A DNA stretch of 64,000 bases from Eledone cirrhosa. Lineage: Eukaryota. Made by a program: the position numbers and the translations under genes. Positions 27,043-40,200 of this stretch are shown here, in pieces. The stretch lies in the NCBI GenBank assembly GCA_964016885.1, contig OZ024742.1:107942001-108006000 (forward strand), given 5' to 3'. The notes beneath the pieces were generated by a model, which had not been told where the DNA came from, searched no databases, and was given only the letters and a program-made list of their open reading frames with translations. How positions within the stretch are numbered: position 1 is the stretch's first letter; every line of letters starts with the position of its first letter.

Positions 27043-28332
27043 TTAACTCTTAACATCCAGTAATGATTTAGCATGAATTGCCTTTAAAAATGTTTGTTAA
27101 TCCGAATGTGTATAGTATCTTTACTAGTGGATAGATGTTTGTGAAAATATTTGTATTAAAGGCTTCAATATTGAAAGTGATGCAGTCTGAGTGCTGTTTT
27201 GTTCAGGATGACTAAAACAAACTGTCCCCTTGCACGTTTTGTGACATTGTACATATATTCGTTTTCTAACCGATCAAACTTAAATTTCAGGACATGGCAG
27301 ATACAACGGCTGAGAAGACCAGACCCGTATGGGAGCACCAGCATCAGATTTTCTGTTGCGAAACACTACTTCATGTGTGGCTTGTACAATCAGGTCCAGG
27401 GGCAATATCATGTTTTTTATTTTTGGAACGGACAAATCTCCCTTCAAAGCCAATATACTAAACTGGGTGAAGAAGTTTGAGTCCTATGGGACAGTAGAGA
27501 ACCTTAATATAATATCTGAGGAACGATCTACCCACTCTAGAAAACCCAGAAGGCGTACACAGGAAGTTATTGAGATGGTCGGTGAGTCTATTGAATAGAG
27601 CTCAAAATGATCGCTGTGCAGAAGTGTTGGCAAAGAAGATCTTAAGAAATACCCCTATAGAATACAAAGTTAACAAAAGCTTACTGTAGCTAAGACCAAG
27701 AGAAAGTCCCTGGCTGAGAAAATGTTTCAGAAGATGGAAAAAACCTACATTTTCTGAATCTACTGTGGACCCGAAAGACTTCAAAAAGGAACTATAGACC
27801 CTATAATGAATAGGTTCTGGTTCCAGCAAGACGAAGCGAATCACTCACACCGTCAATGAGTCGCGAGAATGGTTAAAAAATAACTTTGAAAATCGTGTGA
27901 TGAATTTGAAGATTGATTTTGAATGGACCCCACAAGTGCTAATTTAAGACCACTCCCTCGATTTCTTTCTTTGGGGCTCAAACCTAGGACCATCGCTGAA
28001 CTAAAGAAAAACACATAGAAGGTGACCAGCGCTATCCCTAGGTCTATTTGTAAAGACGTTATACTAAACTTCACTATGTGCTTAAATAAAATGCATGGAT
28101 TCAAATGGGGATCACTTGGAACATGTGCTGCAGCTCTGGACAGAAACATCAGAATATTTTTTATATGTATGTTTTATGGTTTGAACTATATATATTCATT
28201 AGTTTTTGTAAAAAAACAACTAATAATATAGACAAAAATAAAAATGGAACCAGTTTGTTTTGAATCACCCTGTACTTTTCAAAAATATCTCTTTAATGCT
28301 GTTTCATATGGTACAGGATGTTAAGAAATTAA
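27043..28332. mobile_element. TTAA-flanked (piggyBac-like) MITE hosting a Tc1/mariner insertion
   Basis: TTAA-ctcttaacatccagta at the left and tacaggatgttaagaaa-TTAA at the right. Confidence 0.5.
27204..28272 (+). mobile_element. Decayed Tc1/mariner-superfamily DNA transposon
   Basis: Degenerate TIRs caggatgactaaaacaaactg and cagtttgttttgaatcaccctg-TA. Remnants ILNWVKKFESYGTVEN, WFQQD and LDFFLWG. Confidence 0.8.
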
Positions 28333-29298
28333 TGTTTTTTTTAAGAATGTGTATTCATACCTCCTACTAATTCAGATGTAATCTACGTGGAATCCACAGA
28401 ACAACTTCTCAAGAACCAGAGACTGAACTTGGGGCTGATATCTAAGAAATTTTAGATCTCATATTTTAATGACGCCATATAAATGTAGATTGTATATGTG
28501 TGTATAATTCAGCGCTCATGCATAAACACACTCACACACACATGCATTTCTGTGTGATTGCATCTGTGTGTGTTTCCCTGTGTGTGTTTCCATATGTGTA
28601 TTAATTATGCATGTATATTAATTCTCAGTATTTGAAAGTATAATGATAAGAGCATCACAATTCTGTTCAATTTAAAATGTTGATATAAATTTCCATAAAT
28701 GAATTGAAAATTAACTCCTCCCCAGTGAGAAGAGATATTAATTCTAGAAAAACACACTTTTAACAGTTAGGAAAAGTAATCAACAGAACGACTAGCCAAA
28801 TACACAATTTGCTACAATTATGTTTCTCTTTCCTAAAAAAAAAATAATAAAAAAAAAAAATGATACAAACAGTTTCATAAAAAGAAATTAACTTTAGTTA
28901 AAATACATTTTCAACGTTCTACGGGTATTGAAGAGGGACGTCGTTATACTTGGAATATATTACCGTTGCGGTTTTTGATGGCGAACTTTTATGCGAATTG
29001 GGAGAGTCGTTAGTTTGTTCAGATTTAATGCCTTGGCATTTGTTCATTCCTATTGTACTCTGAGTTCAAATCCTGTCCATACATACAACACCAGTAAATG
29101 GGCAATGGATTGACGATGCAAATACCATTGAATAATGATTAGCCTCGGCAAGCCGTACATACATCATTGGATAATGGACAATAACGTTTCTTGGTAAAAA
29201 ACGACTATGAAATTACTAATTCCTTAAAAAATCTCACTAATACCAAATATTAAATATCTCTCTTTCTCTCTGTCTCTCTTCTCTCTCTCTCCCTTACA

Positions 29299-29404
<106 letters not shown>

Positions 29405-29708
29405 TTATATATTAATATATTAATGCATTCATTTATATATAAGACTTTGAGTCTGCGTGATTTTTTATAAGGGACGTTTTATATGGTTGAGCGCTTCAGA
29501 AAACAAACAAAAAACATTATATTCCGTGTCTTTCTCCTGAATATTGGGTGGCATCCAACTGAATGTTTCTATAGACTGGATATGAAATGTGAGATGTTAA
29601 TTTAGCTCATTCATGCAATTTATGTTTTACAGTGTATTGTTCATTGCCAGCAACTTCGTTGTCGAATATATATATATATATATATATATATTACAGATTG
29701 ACTTTGTT

Positions 29709-29759
29709 AGTTTCAGAAGATCCCGTTAAGGGTGAAAGCAGCGATTCTTTGCTTAAACT
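29709..29759 (+). ncRNA. HHR-like motif with a CAGAAGA core (family F); second copy at 26114-26164 (-)
   Basis: agttt-CAGAAGA-t ccc gttaa ggg t-GAAA-gcagcgattctttgc-TT-aaact. Stems I, II and III pair. Confidence 0.55.
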
Positions 29760-29778
29760 TTAATCTGTTATTTAATAA

Positions 29779-29824
<46 letters not shown>

Positions 29825-29920
29825 CAATGCTTGTTTTTTTTACGAAGAATGAACTCTGACGTGAACTTATTTCTAAAAACCCATTCGGGGTCATGTAAGG
29901 AGCGCTTTTTAGTTGTTTAT

Positions 29921-29960
29921 GCCCTTGAGAAGCTCATTCGCGCGAAACGTACGTAGGTGC
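29921..29960 (+). ncRNA. Minimal type-I HHR, U3/A8 variant
   Basis: gccc-TTGAGAA-gc tcattcgc gc-GAAA-cgtacg-TA-ggtgc. Palindromic stem III ACGTACGT and a GUA triplet. Confidence 0.7.
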
Positions 29961-30210
29961 TATTTTAAATAAACATGTTTTAATGGTTTGTTCTCCTTTA
30001 TTTACTTCTCCACGTGCTTCCGCTCTGCTAATTCTCTCGCCCACTAGATATTAACACTTCTAATATTTAACACTGCCGGCACTAGTATTGAGTACCCTCT
30101 GCATACGCCATTGGCAAACAACTACATGTATCGCCTATCCCTCCTTTCTCTCTCTCGATACTTAAATATTCTCTCTCTCTCTCTCTATATATATATATAC
30201 ATACATACAA

Positions 30211-30398
<188 letters not shown>

Positions 30399-30421
30399 GC
30401 ATATATATATACACATATATA

Positions 30422-30461
<40 letters not shown>

Positions 30462-30501
30462 TATATGCATATATATATATATACACATATATATATGCAT
30501 A

Positions 30502-30537
<36 letters not shown>

Positions 30538-30697
30538 CACACATATATATATGCATATATATATACACGCACACACACATATATACACATATATTTCCAT
30601 TTGTTGTAATGTTCTCTGAATCTAATCAACCGTATATATGTGTTTCTATACATCTGTCTTCTGTTGAGGCATACATACACATACACGTGTATGTATG

Positions 30698-30728
<31 letters not shown>

Positions 30729-30867
30729 GTATTTCTTTTAATCTACCAAAATTAATTATACTTATCAATATGTGCAACACCCCAAAATACTGGCGCCTAA
30801 AATAGCAATATAGTTAATTCACATTTATCAACAATTCAGTACAATTTCACGCCTCTGCTTCTGTATG

Positions 30868-31320
30868 AAAGACCTAATGAATAACTCTCTGTTGTCTCTG
30901 TTGTACTGGACTTCTAGATTTAAATCACTCATGTAGATAGAAATATATTGTTTAGATATGGATGACCTAATGAATACCTTTTTGCATTCTATACAAGACT
31001 TCGAGACTGACATAACTGAAGTAGATAGGAATATATTGTACATATATGGGTGATATAGTGAATAGCTTTATTTTGTTTATATATGTCTTCTAGACTGACG
31101 TCACTGGAATAGAGAGAGGAATATATTGTACGTATGTGGATGATCTAATGAATACTTTTCTGCTGTCTGTAAATGTCTTCTAGACTGACATCACTTGGTT
31201 AGACAGGAATATATTGAACAGATATATATGACCTAATGAATCGCTTTCTTTTGTTTGTGCATGTCTTCTAGACAGAAATCACCGAGGTAGCTAGAAATAT
31301 ATCGTTCAAATACGTCTAAA
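30868..31320. repeat. Diverged ~90-bp tandem repeat, about 5 units
   Basis: Recurring gacctaatgaata...tcttctagactgac.tcact...ggaatatattg. Confidence 0.8.
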
Positions 31321-31586
31321 CGCAAAATAACTCCAGAACAAATTATTGGGTATAATTTTAGATAATGATTTAATGTTGTTCTGGGCAAGCCGCTGTATGT
31401 TCCGGTGTTTGTTCTGCAGTATGACTCCGAATGATTGAAAAGTTTGCTTTGCAAAGAATTCGAAGTTTGAAATATCAGGATATATGAATAAATTAAGGTA
31501 AAAAACCCTGTTTCTTATGATTTAATTATTCTCCGTCCAAACCCGCATGGTCGTGGTTTTCACACTTCGAATTCTCTCTCTCTCTC

Positions 31587-31660
<74 letters not shown>

Positions 31661-31665
31661 CATAT

Positions 31666-31711
<46 letters not shown>

Positions 31712-33318
31712 ACATATAGTCATCAGAGATGACCTCCAGAATTCCACACAGGGGGATTGAACTCGGGAACTAAAGATTGCTGAATGAACTGCTTAACCAT
31801 TTTGCCATGTTGCACGCACAACCCTGCCTCTTGTTCATTTCTTTACCATTGTTAATTTTTCTAGCTACCCCTTAGTGAAAATTCTGATTATATCTAACTT
31901 TTTATTGATGAGACATGCCAATGTTTTCAAATTAATTTTGCAGAAAAAAAAATGGAAGAATTAAGTAAACGCTGTTAGTATGTTGGGACATAACTTAAAA
32001 TTACAGCCGTCACTTCAGATAAAGTTTAATTTGGTAGTATGTACTACACTTTAGAAAAATGTTTTTAATGCCCATACAATTGCTCCTTTGATCCAGCGGA
32101 ACATCCAAGGTGTGACAGCTGGAAGGAGAGAGAGACGACTGCACCAGTAGTGGGATTGTACTTTCTTTAGGGACCTAGAAACGACGACAGGCAAAGAGGA
32201 ACTAGTCGGAATTTGAACTTAGAACACAGATACCCGAAAGAAATATTCAAAACACTAACAACTCTGTCAAATCGACCACAATGTCTGGGACAACAATATG
32301 TTCTTATATAAATTTATGATGGGGCAGTTTTAGTATAAATAAACACATTTACAAATGCACAGTTTCGTATTGAATTAATGGCTGTTTGAGTGGGATGGTA
32401 TAATTGAACTCGAGGCGGTTTCGATCAGGTTAGTGTAAAAATATTAAATGGGTATATATCAGGGTATAGGAGGTGTAGCACTTACTGTGATTAAAGCATC
32501 TATTAAGCTTGAAATAAATCGATTTCTATTTTTCGAATATTATATTGACTTTGCCTTTCATCGTTACGGGGTCGATAAAATAAAGTACCAGTAATGCACT
32601 GGGTAATTGCTGGCCTTGTGCCTAAAGTAGAGACAATTATAAATTATTTCGTTTTCTTTTTAATGAAATTGAAACGAAGTAATGAAGAATTTACTTTGAC
32701 GAAGTGATTTACTTTTACATTGATGGAGGGGATAATCTTAACAAGTTTGACATTTAACACATCATACGTCTAATAGGTGACTATAATTAGCTTAGTGGTT
32801 AGAGTGTTTGTAGCACGATCATAGGATCATGTGTTCTATTCCCGGCGGCGAGTTGTATTCTTAAGCAAAACATTATACTTGTACTTCACGTTGCTCCACG
32901 TTGTTTAGCCTTGTCATACACTGTATCACATAGAATCTCCCTGAAAATTACGTTAAGGGCACACGTGCTTGTGAAATGCTCCACAACGCCCACGTTAATT
33001 CCACGAGCACTCTGTTCCATTGTTCGAAAAAAAAAAAAAATCTCGGTGACCAAGGTACGAAATCAACAATAATAATGTATTCTTCATCCAAACCATTACT
33101 TCGTCCAAGACAACCTTCCTTCAACCTACAGGTTTCTCCCTACGACTGATCACTCTGTTTTCATCAAAAAGATTTTATACACTTCCAAAATTCTTTAGGT
33201 ATTTTTACCTTAACAATTATTCAAATCTACAAGAGCTGCGCTTGTCCGGAATTTTCATTTCAACAGTTTCTCACTCTCTTTCTCTCTCTCACACGTTTTC
33301 TTTCTTATTAACTTATTT

Positions 33319-33378
<60 letters not shown>

Positions 33379-33470
33379 TCATTTCTACATATTCATTCAA
33401 ACATGCACACACATACACATACACATACACACACAGACACACACTGGCGCCTGCCGGTATATGCACTTTT

Positions 33471-33517
<47 letters not shown>

Positions 33518-33585
33518 TTCCAACCCGCTGGGTCACGTTCACTTAAAAATTAAAATATACATAGACATGTATATAATGTAAAATG

Positions 33586-33616
<31 letters not shown>

Positions 33617-33954
33617 CTGTGTGTGTGTGTGCGCGCGTGTGTGTGTGTGTGTGTTAAATTACAGACAAGCACATAATCACAGAGTTTTAATAGTATATAG
33701 ATAGTAGATAGATATATTTGTATTCAAGATAAACAAAAACCACAAATAACAGCACATTACCACCACCGCCACCCTCTACACCACCACTACCACCACCCTC
33801 AACCACCACATACTTTAAACTCCTGTCAAATAATTCAACAAAAGCACACCATCAAAGAAAGAAAGATCTTCCCTACACCCCAGGGGGAAGGGATGGAGAA
33901 CTTTATTGTTCTTTACAGATGATGAAAACATTTGTTGTTTCGAAGTAAAAAATA

Positions 33955-35220
33955 TTGTAGTGGGGTATAGAGAGGGAGAGAGAATTTGGTAGTCTAGTGA
34001 GAGGGGGAACTGTGAAAGAGAGTGAAGTATGTAGTGGGATATAGAGAAGGGAAGAGAATTTGTTGGTTTAGTGAGAGAGGGGAAATTGTGAGAGTGAGTG
34101 AAGTATGTAGTGGCATAGAGTGAGGGGGAAAGAGATTATTGCTTTAGTGAGAGAGGGGGAATTGTGAGAGAGAGCGAGATATGTAGTAGGATAGAGAGAG
34201 AGGGAGAGAATTTGTTGGCTTAATGAGAGGGGAAATTAAGTGAGTAAGAGAGCGTGAGGTATATAGTGGTATAAGGAGAGGGGGGAGATTGATTGGTGGT
34301 CTAGCGAGTGGAGGGAGGAATTGTGAGAGAGTGTGGTATGTAGTGGTATAGAGAGAGGGGGACAGATAATTTGTTGGTCGAGTGATTGGCAATTGTAAGA
34401 GGGTGAGGTATGCAGTGAGATATAGAAAGGGGCAAAGAATTTGGTGGCCTAGTGAGAGAGGGAGTATTGTGAGATAGAATGAGGTATATAGTGGGATAGC
34501 GAGAGCGGGAGAGAATTTGTTGGTTTAGAGAGAAGGGGGATTAAGAGCGCGGAGAGAGTGAATTATGTAGTGGAATATATAGGGTGGGGGAAGAATTTGT
34601 GTTTTAATGAGAGGGGAAATTGTGAGAGAGAGTGAGGTATGTAGTGGGATATAGAGAGCGGGAGCTAATTTGTTTGTTTAGTGAGAGAGGGGGAATTAAG
34701 AGAGTAAAAGAGAGTGAGGTATGTAGTGGGATATAGAGAGCGGGAGCTAATTTGTTTGTTTAGTGAGAGAGGGGGAATTAAGAGAGTAAAAGAGAGTGAG
34801 GTATGTAGTGGAATATAGAGAGGGGAAGAGTGTTTGGTGGTATAATGAAAGAGAGTTAATTGTGAAAGCGATAGAGAATGAAGCATGTAGTAAGATATAG
34901 TGAGGGGGAGAGAGTTTGGTGGGCTAGTGAGAGAGTGGGAATTACGAGAGTGATAGAGAGTGAGGTATATAGTGAGGGGAGCGAATTTGGTGATTTAGTG
35001 AGTGAGGGGGGATTGCGAGAATGATAGGAGTGAGGTATGTAGTGGGATATATAAATATAGGGAGAGTTTTGTGGTTTAGTGAGAGAGGGGGAATTGTGAG
35101 AGTGAGAGAGTGAGGTATGTATTCGGATATATAGAGCGGAAGAGAGTTTGGTTTTTTAGTGAGAGAGGCATGTAGCGATATGTGGAGAGGGCGAGAAAGG
35201 TGTGTTTTAGTGAGAGAGGG
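33955..35220. repeat. Purine-rich ~70-80 bp minisatellite
   Basis: Recurring gtatgtagtgggatatagagag...aatttgttggtttagtgagagagggggaattgtgag. Confidence 0.92.
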
Positions 35221-35628
35221 GTAACATTCTTAGAGAGAATGACAAAATAATTATTGGAGGCAAGAAAATGTTTTAATATTGGGTTTCACAGTGAAGTGGC
35301 TGTGTATATAAGTGTGTGTTTATATGTATGTGTGTGTTATATATGTGTGTGTGTGTGTGTGTGTGTGCGTGTTTATATATATGTGTCTGTGTTTGTATGT
35401 TTCTATATATATATATGTGTGTGTGTTTGTATGTTTCTCTATATATATATATGTGTGTGTGTGTGTATATATCTCAACATTATTTTTGAAAAGCATTAGA
35501 AATGCGCAACCGGTAAAAACTTAAAACTAAAACTGAATACTAACCAATACTTATTACTAATTTTTACTTATTCCTAATTAAACTAGTTTTCACTGGGAAC
35601 AATTTGTCAGCATTTTCTTTTCCTTTTA

Positions 35629-35692
<64 letters not shown>

Positions 35693-35695
35693 ATG

Positions 35696-35780
<85 letters not shown>

Positions 35781-35783
35781 ATA

Positions 35784-35828
<45 letters not shown>

Positions 35829-36980
35829 CGTCTGTGTGTGTTTGTATGAATACATCTTTACACTCTAACTTCATAGGATAATAAATGAATATAAATGAAT
35901 ATATGAATATAGGTTTTATTATGCATCTTTTGGCCAGATCGAACAGAGTCACATTTCATGTGAACCACAAACATTAAAAAAAGAATGTCACATCATCTTC
36001 AAAGAATCATTTATCTATAACTAAATCATTTTTCTCCGTTTATGTGTTACATGATGGGGAAATTTGGAACGTTGGAGCTTTTATATACATCGAAAATTAG
36101 TAAGCATAAGAACTTGTATTTAATATTTTTGAACAACTCTATTAAACTAGCGCTGAATACCAAAATCGGTAGACACTTAGGTAATATAACTATCCCTATA
36201 AAGTTACGTCTCCTCTTAAATTTTAATTAGCCTTTCATCTATCTGAGTTTGATGATAACTAGGATAGATATGCCCAGTTGATATCCTCCCAAAATGTCTG
36301 CGATCGTAACAACGTTAGCCAGAATTTATTAACACTAGAATTTTCTTCAACACGGCAACGTATGTGCATATACATACATTTATATGTATGAGTATATAAA
36401 TATAAACGCGCAAACCCAGACACGCTTACGAAAATTTACACTCACAGACATACCTTCACACAAATACACATATTCACTCAAACACACATACACACCTTTT
36501 CACAAACATACACATGCACATACACTCACACACAGGGTAGCAAATGGAACGCCAGCCGCTGTTTTGCTATAGTCTTTTCATCATTCCATTCCTTTCTTTT
36601 ACATACACACAAACACACACACACTCATTGCATGACGGATGGAAGTCGCTCAAATTTATGTATATATATTATATTTGACTGGAGGAGAGGGCGATGGATT
36701 CGCAGAAACGTTATAATGTGTACACGATAAAATGGAATAGAATGAAATGAAATTTCATTTCTCACTCTTAGTACGGCACTTACTTAAATGTAAGTATGTA
36801 TGTACAAGTGTATGTACTAAGAGTGAGAAATGAAATTTCATTTCATTCTATTCCATTTTATCGTTTTCGTTGCGCCTGGCCGACTGAACTCACTCGATAT
36901 GCAAATTAGGCTGCTCAGCCGTTAATTTTCATAAGGAAAGTATATACTTTCGAACGTTCAACCATCTGGCAGAAGGGTAT

Positions 36981-37023
36981 ACGGTGCTGACGATAGCTAA
37001 CATGCTTGAAACTAGTACATCGT
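36981..37023 (+). ncRNA. Minimal type-I hammerhead ribozyme, copy 1
   Basis: acggtg-CTGACGA-t agc taacat gct t-GAAA-ctag-TA-catcgt. 6-bp stem I, intact core, palindromic ACTAGT. Confidence 0.82.
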
Positions 37024-37172
37024 TCCTGTGTCAGTGTTGAACAAAAAGGTGACGTGGTTGCCTTAACACCGTACGGCATAAATCAGGCTGTCCGTTTGTT
37101 TACAAACGAACAAAGCGAACATTATAATAAATGTTCGCTAAACTGATACGTACATATATATATGTGTGCCTG

Positions 37173-37207
<35 letters not shown>

Positions 37208-37441
37208 GCTACTGTACGTCTGTATACATATATGTATGTACGTATACATACATACTTACATTTAAGTAAGTGCCGTGCTAAGAGTGAGAAATGAAATTTC
37301 ATTTCATTCTATTCCATTTTATCGTTTTCGGTGCGCCTGGCCGACTGAACTCACTCGATATGCAAATTAGGCTGCTCAGCCGTTAATTTTCATAAGGAAA
37401 GTATATACTTTCGAACGTTTAACCATCTGGCAGAAGGGTAT

Positions 37442-37484
37442 ACGGTGCTGACGATAGCTAACAAGCTTGAAACTAGTACATCGT
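37442..37484 (+). ncRNA. Minimal type-I hammerhead ribozyme, copy 2
   Basis: Same as copy 1 with a single change in loop II (taacaa). Confidence 0.82.
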
Positions 37485-37495
37485 TCCTGTGCCTG

Positions 37496-37544
<49 letters not shown>

Positions 37545-37656
37545 GCTACTGTACGTCTGTATACATATATGTATGTACGTATACATACATACTTACATTT
37601 AAGTAAGTGCCGTGCTAAGAGTGAGAAATGAAATTTCATTTCATTCTATTCCATTT

Positions 37657-37713
<57 letters not shown>

Positions 37714-37714
<1 letters not shown>

Positions 37715-37882
37715 ATTGTTTCTACTTTTGGCACAAGGCCAGCAATTACTCAGTGCATTACTGGTATTTTATTTTATCGACCCCATAAGGATGAAGGCAA
37801 AGTTGACCTCGGCGGGATTTGAACTCAGAATTGAAAGGGCCGTAACTCTATGCGTCAAAGCATGACAATACTGCCAATCCAC
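37714..37882 (-). mobile_element. tRNA-SINE family 1
   Basis: Same body and B box as the other copies. Confidence 0.8.
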
Positions 37883-37990
37883 CAATGTTATGTAAACTTT
37901 AATCATCAGCATATTGCAGGGAAGTCATAATATCGAGAAGAGTTAAGAAAACACCTGAAATATCACAAAGAGCCCTTCAATGATTCTATA

Positions 37991-38163
37991 TACGAGGGTC
38001 AGTTGAAACGTTCATAAGCTGACCAAGATACTCTCATGGAATGAATAAATGAGGTTCATTTTTCAACATAGTCCCTGGAAAGAAACAATGCAGTTATTAA
38101 TAAGAAAAGTTGGAATTAATGCATGCATTAGTCAGTCTATGAGCTTTTTAGCTGACTATCGTA
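37991..38163. mobile_element. Mariner-derived MITE
   Basis: TA-cgagggtcagttgaaacgttcataagctgac at the left and gtcagtctatgagctttttagctgactatcg-TA at the right. Confidence 0.7.
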
Positions 38164-39855
38164 ATTTGCAGATGTGAAAGCACGTGGCTTCATGCTCAAT
38201 GTGTTTGACTCACGATCGCAAAGTCATGAGTTTGATTCTTCTATTTCACTTTGCTTCAGGCCATTCAGTTATCAAAAATATGTTGTACTTCTACTCCAAA
38301 GAGCCAACCTTATAACACATTGTGTCACACTTAATCAACCCTCCTTACGTTTAGGGTATACTTGTCTGTGGAATACGCAGCCACGCACACGTTAATTTCA
38401 TGTGCAGGTTGTACTGTCGTTGATCGAACAAATTGGAACATACGTTGTCGGGACCAAAAGAAGTCCAATACACACAATTTACACAAATAGCCTGAACATA
38501 AGATGAATATATAATATTTATATAGTCATCAAAACCCCATTTCTAACAATGGGAAAGAGAAAAGAAAGGAGCCCATCGTCAGATCGAAAGAAGAATAAAT
38601 ATTTCCATCCAGTTTTCCATTGTTCTTGATACTATTTGCCGCTTACAATTCCTGGCAGAATAAAAAAAATAAAAATTTAATATTTTGCTCCAGAACACAA
38701 TATTCCACCTGGAATCGAACCCACAATCCTATGATCGTAAGTTAAAAAGCTTAAGATAATTCTCCAAATAAGAGAAACTGGCTGAAATAAACCTCACAAC
38801 AATGAAGGAAACATTTAATTAAGTATTACAACTTAAAATAAAGGAGAACCGAACGTTAAAAGGTGTGACTTATGAACACTTTTGTAATTTAATGCACTCG
38901 ACTGTTTAATAGCGTAGAACCAATTTGTACACGCAAAACTAGTCTACTTTTAATGTTTTTGTTTATTAGGTGTAATTAGTTTCATATAAATATATATATA
39001 CGAAGAGAGAGAGAGAGGGAGAGAGAGATAGAGAGCGAATGGGGGGGGGGGGTAAAGAGTGAGATAGAAAGGTTTCTTTTAATTTTTGTAGAACATTATC
39101 GTAGTTTTTTTCTGTATTCACTTACGTCAGTAAATATCAATTTGAAATGGTTAGTAGACCATGTATACGAGACAGAAAGCAATGACAATAAAAAGACATT
39201 AATTATCTTGGAGATACTATAATTACAATGCCGACCACGATGATTATAGCACGCACAAGAAACTATCACTTTAGTTATAAGCTATTTCTGAACAACGATA
39301 TTGTAGAAAAGGTTTCAACGTTTGTTGTCAAAGCATTTTTCGTCCATTACGTCGCTGATGACCTTTTACTCTTTTACCTATTTCAGTAATTAGACTCCTC
39401 CCATGCTCGGAACTGATTTCATCTAGTCTAGCCCATCAACTCATTTATTTATTTTTGCATGTCTGATATTCATTTGCTCGATCTCATTTTAGTTGAACTG
39501 CTATGTTACAGGACAGAAATTAACATATACGACGGACTTCCGTCCGTCTACGAAATTCCACTCCTAAGTTATTGTACCACCCTAGGCTATAATAGAAGGC
39601 ACTTGCCCAAGGATCCACGCAACGTGATTGTACTCTGAGCCACGTGTTTGCGAATGAAATTTATCACACACACACAGCTACTCAGTTTCTTCCTAATGAG
39701 ACTTTCTTTTAAAACTATTGACGCTCTCTACTAATAAAATAGATAAATATGCCGTTGTTTCTGGTTGTTTAACTAAGACAATACATTATTATGGTTTGGA
39801 CCAAGTCATTAATGTCATGTAAATCAAGACAGTATGACGTGGATCAAATAATAAT

Positions 39856-40200
39856 AATTGTTCTACTTTTGGTACAAGGCCAGCAATTACCCAGTGCATT
39901 ACTGGTACTTTATTTTATCGACCCAGTAAGGATGAAAGGCAAAGTTAACCTCGGCGGGATTTGAACTCAGAATGGATCAAATAATAATAATAATTGTTTC
40001 TACTTTAGGCACAAGGCCAGCAATTTGAAGGGGGAGGGAAAAGTCGATTAAATCGACCCCAGTGTGTTAGGGTACTTTATTTTATCGACCCCGTAAGGAT
40101 GAAAGCTAAAACTAACCTCGACGGAATTTGAACTCAGAACGTAAAGAACCGTAACTATATGACGAAAAGCAGTTTGTCTGAAACTCTACCGATTCTGCCA
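39856..40200 (-). mobile_element. Two adjacent tRNA-SINE family 1 copies
   Basis: Bodies at 39856-39972 and 39992-40200. tggatcaaataataataat is duplicated at 39840 and 39973. Confidence 0.8.

Larger units (their letters stand above)
36724..37660 (+). mobile_element. Non-coding tandem plus inverted cassette with two HHRs (pLTR- or retrozyme-like)
   Basis: 36816-37030 is repeated at 37276-37490, 37164-37322 is repeated at 37487-37658, and 36724-36800 is an inverted copy. Confidence 0.8.
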
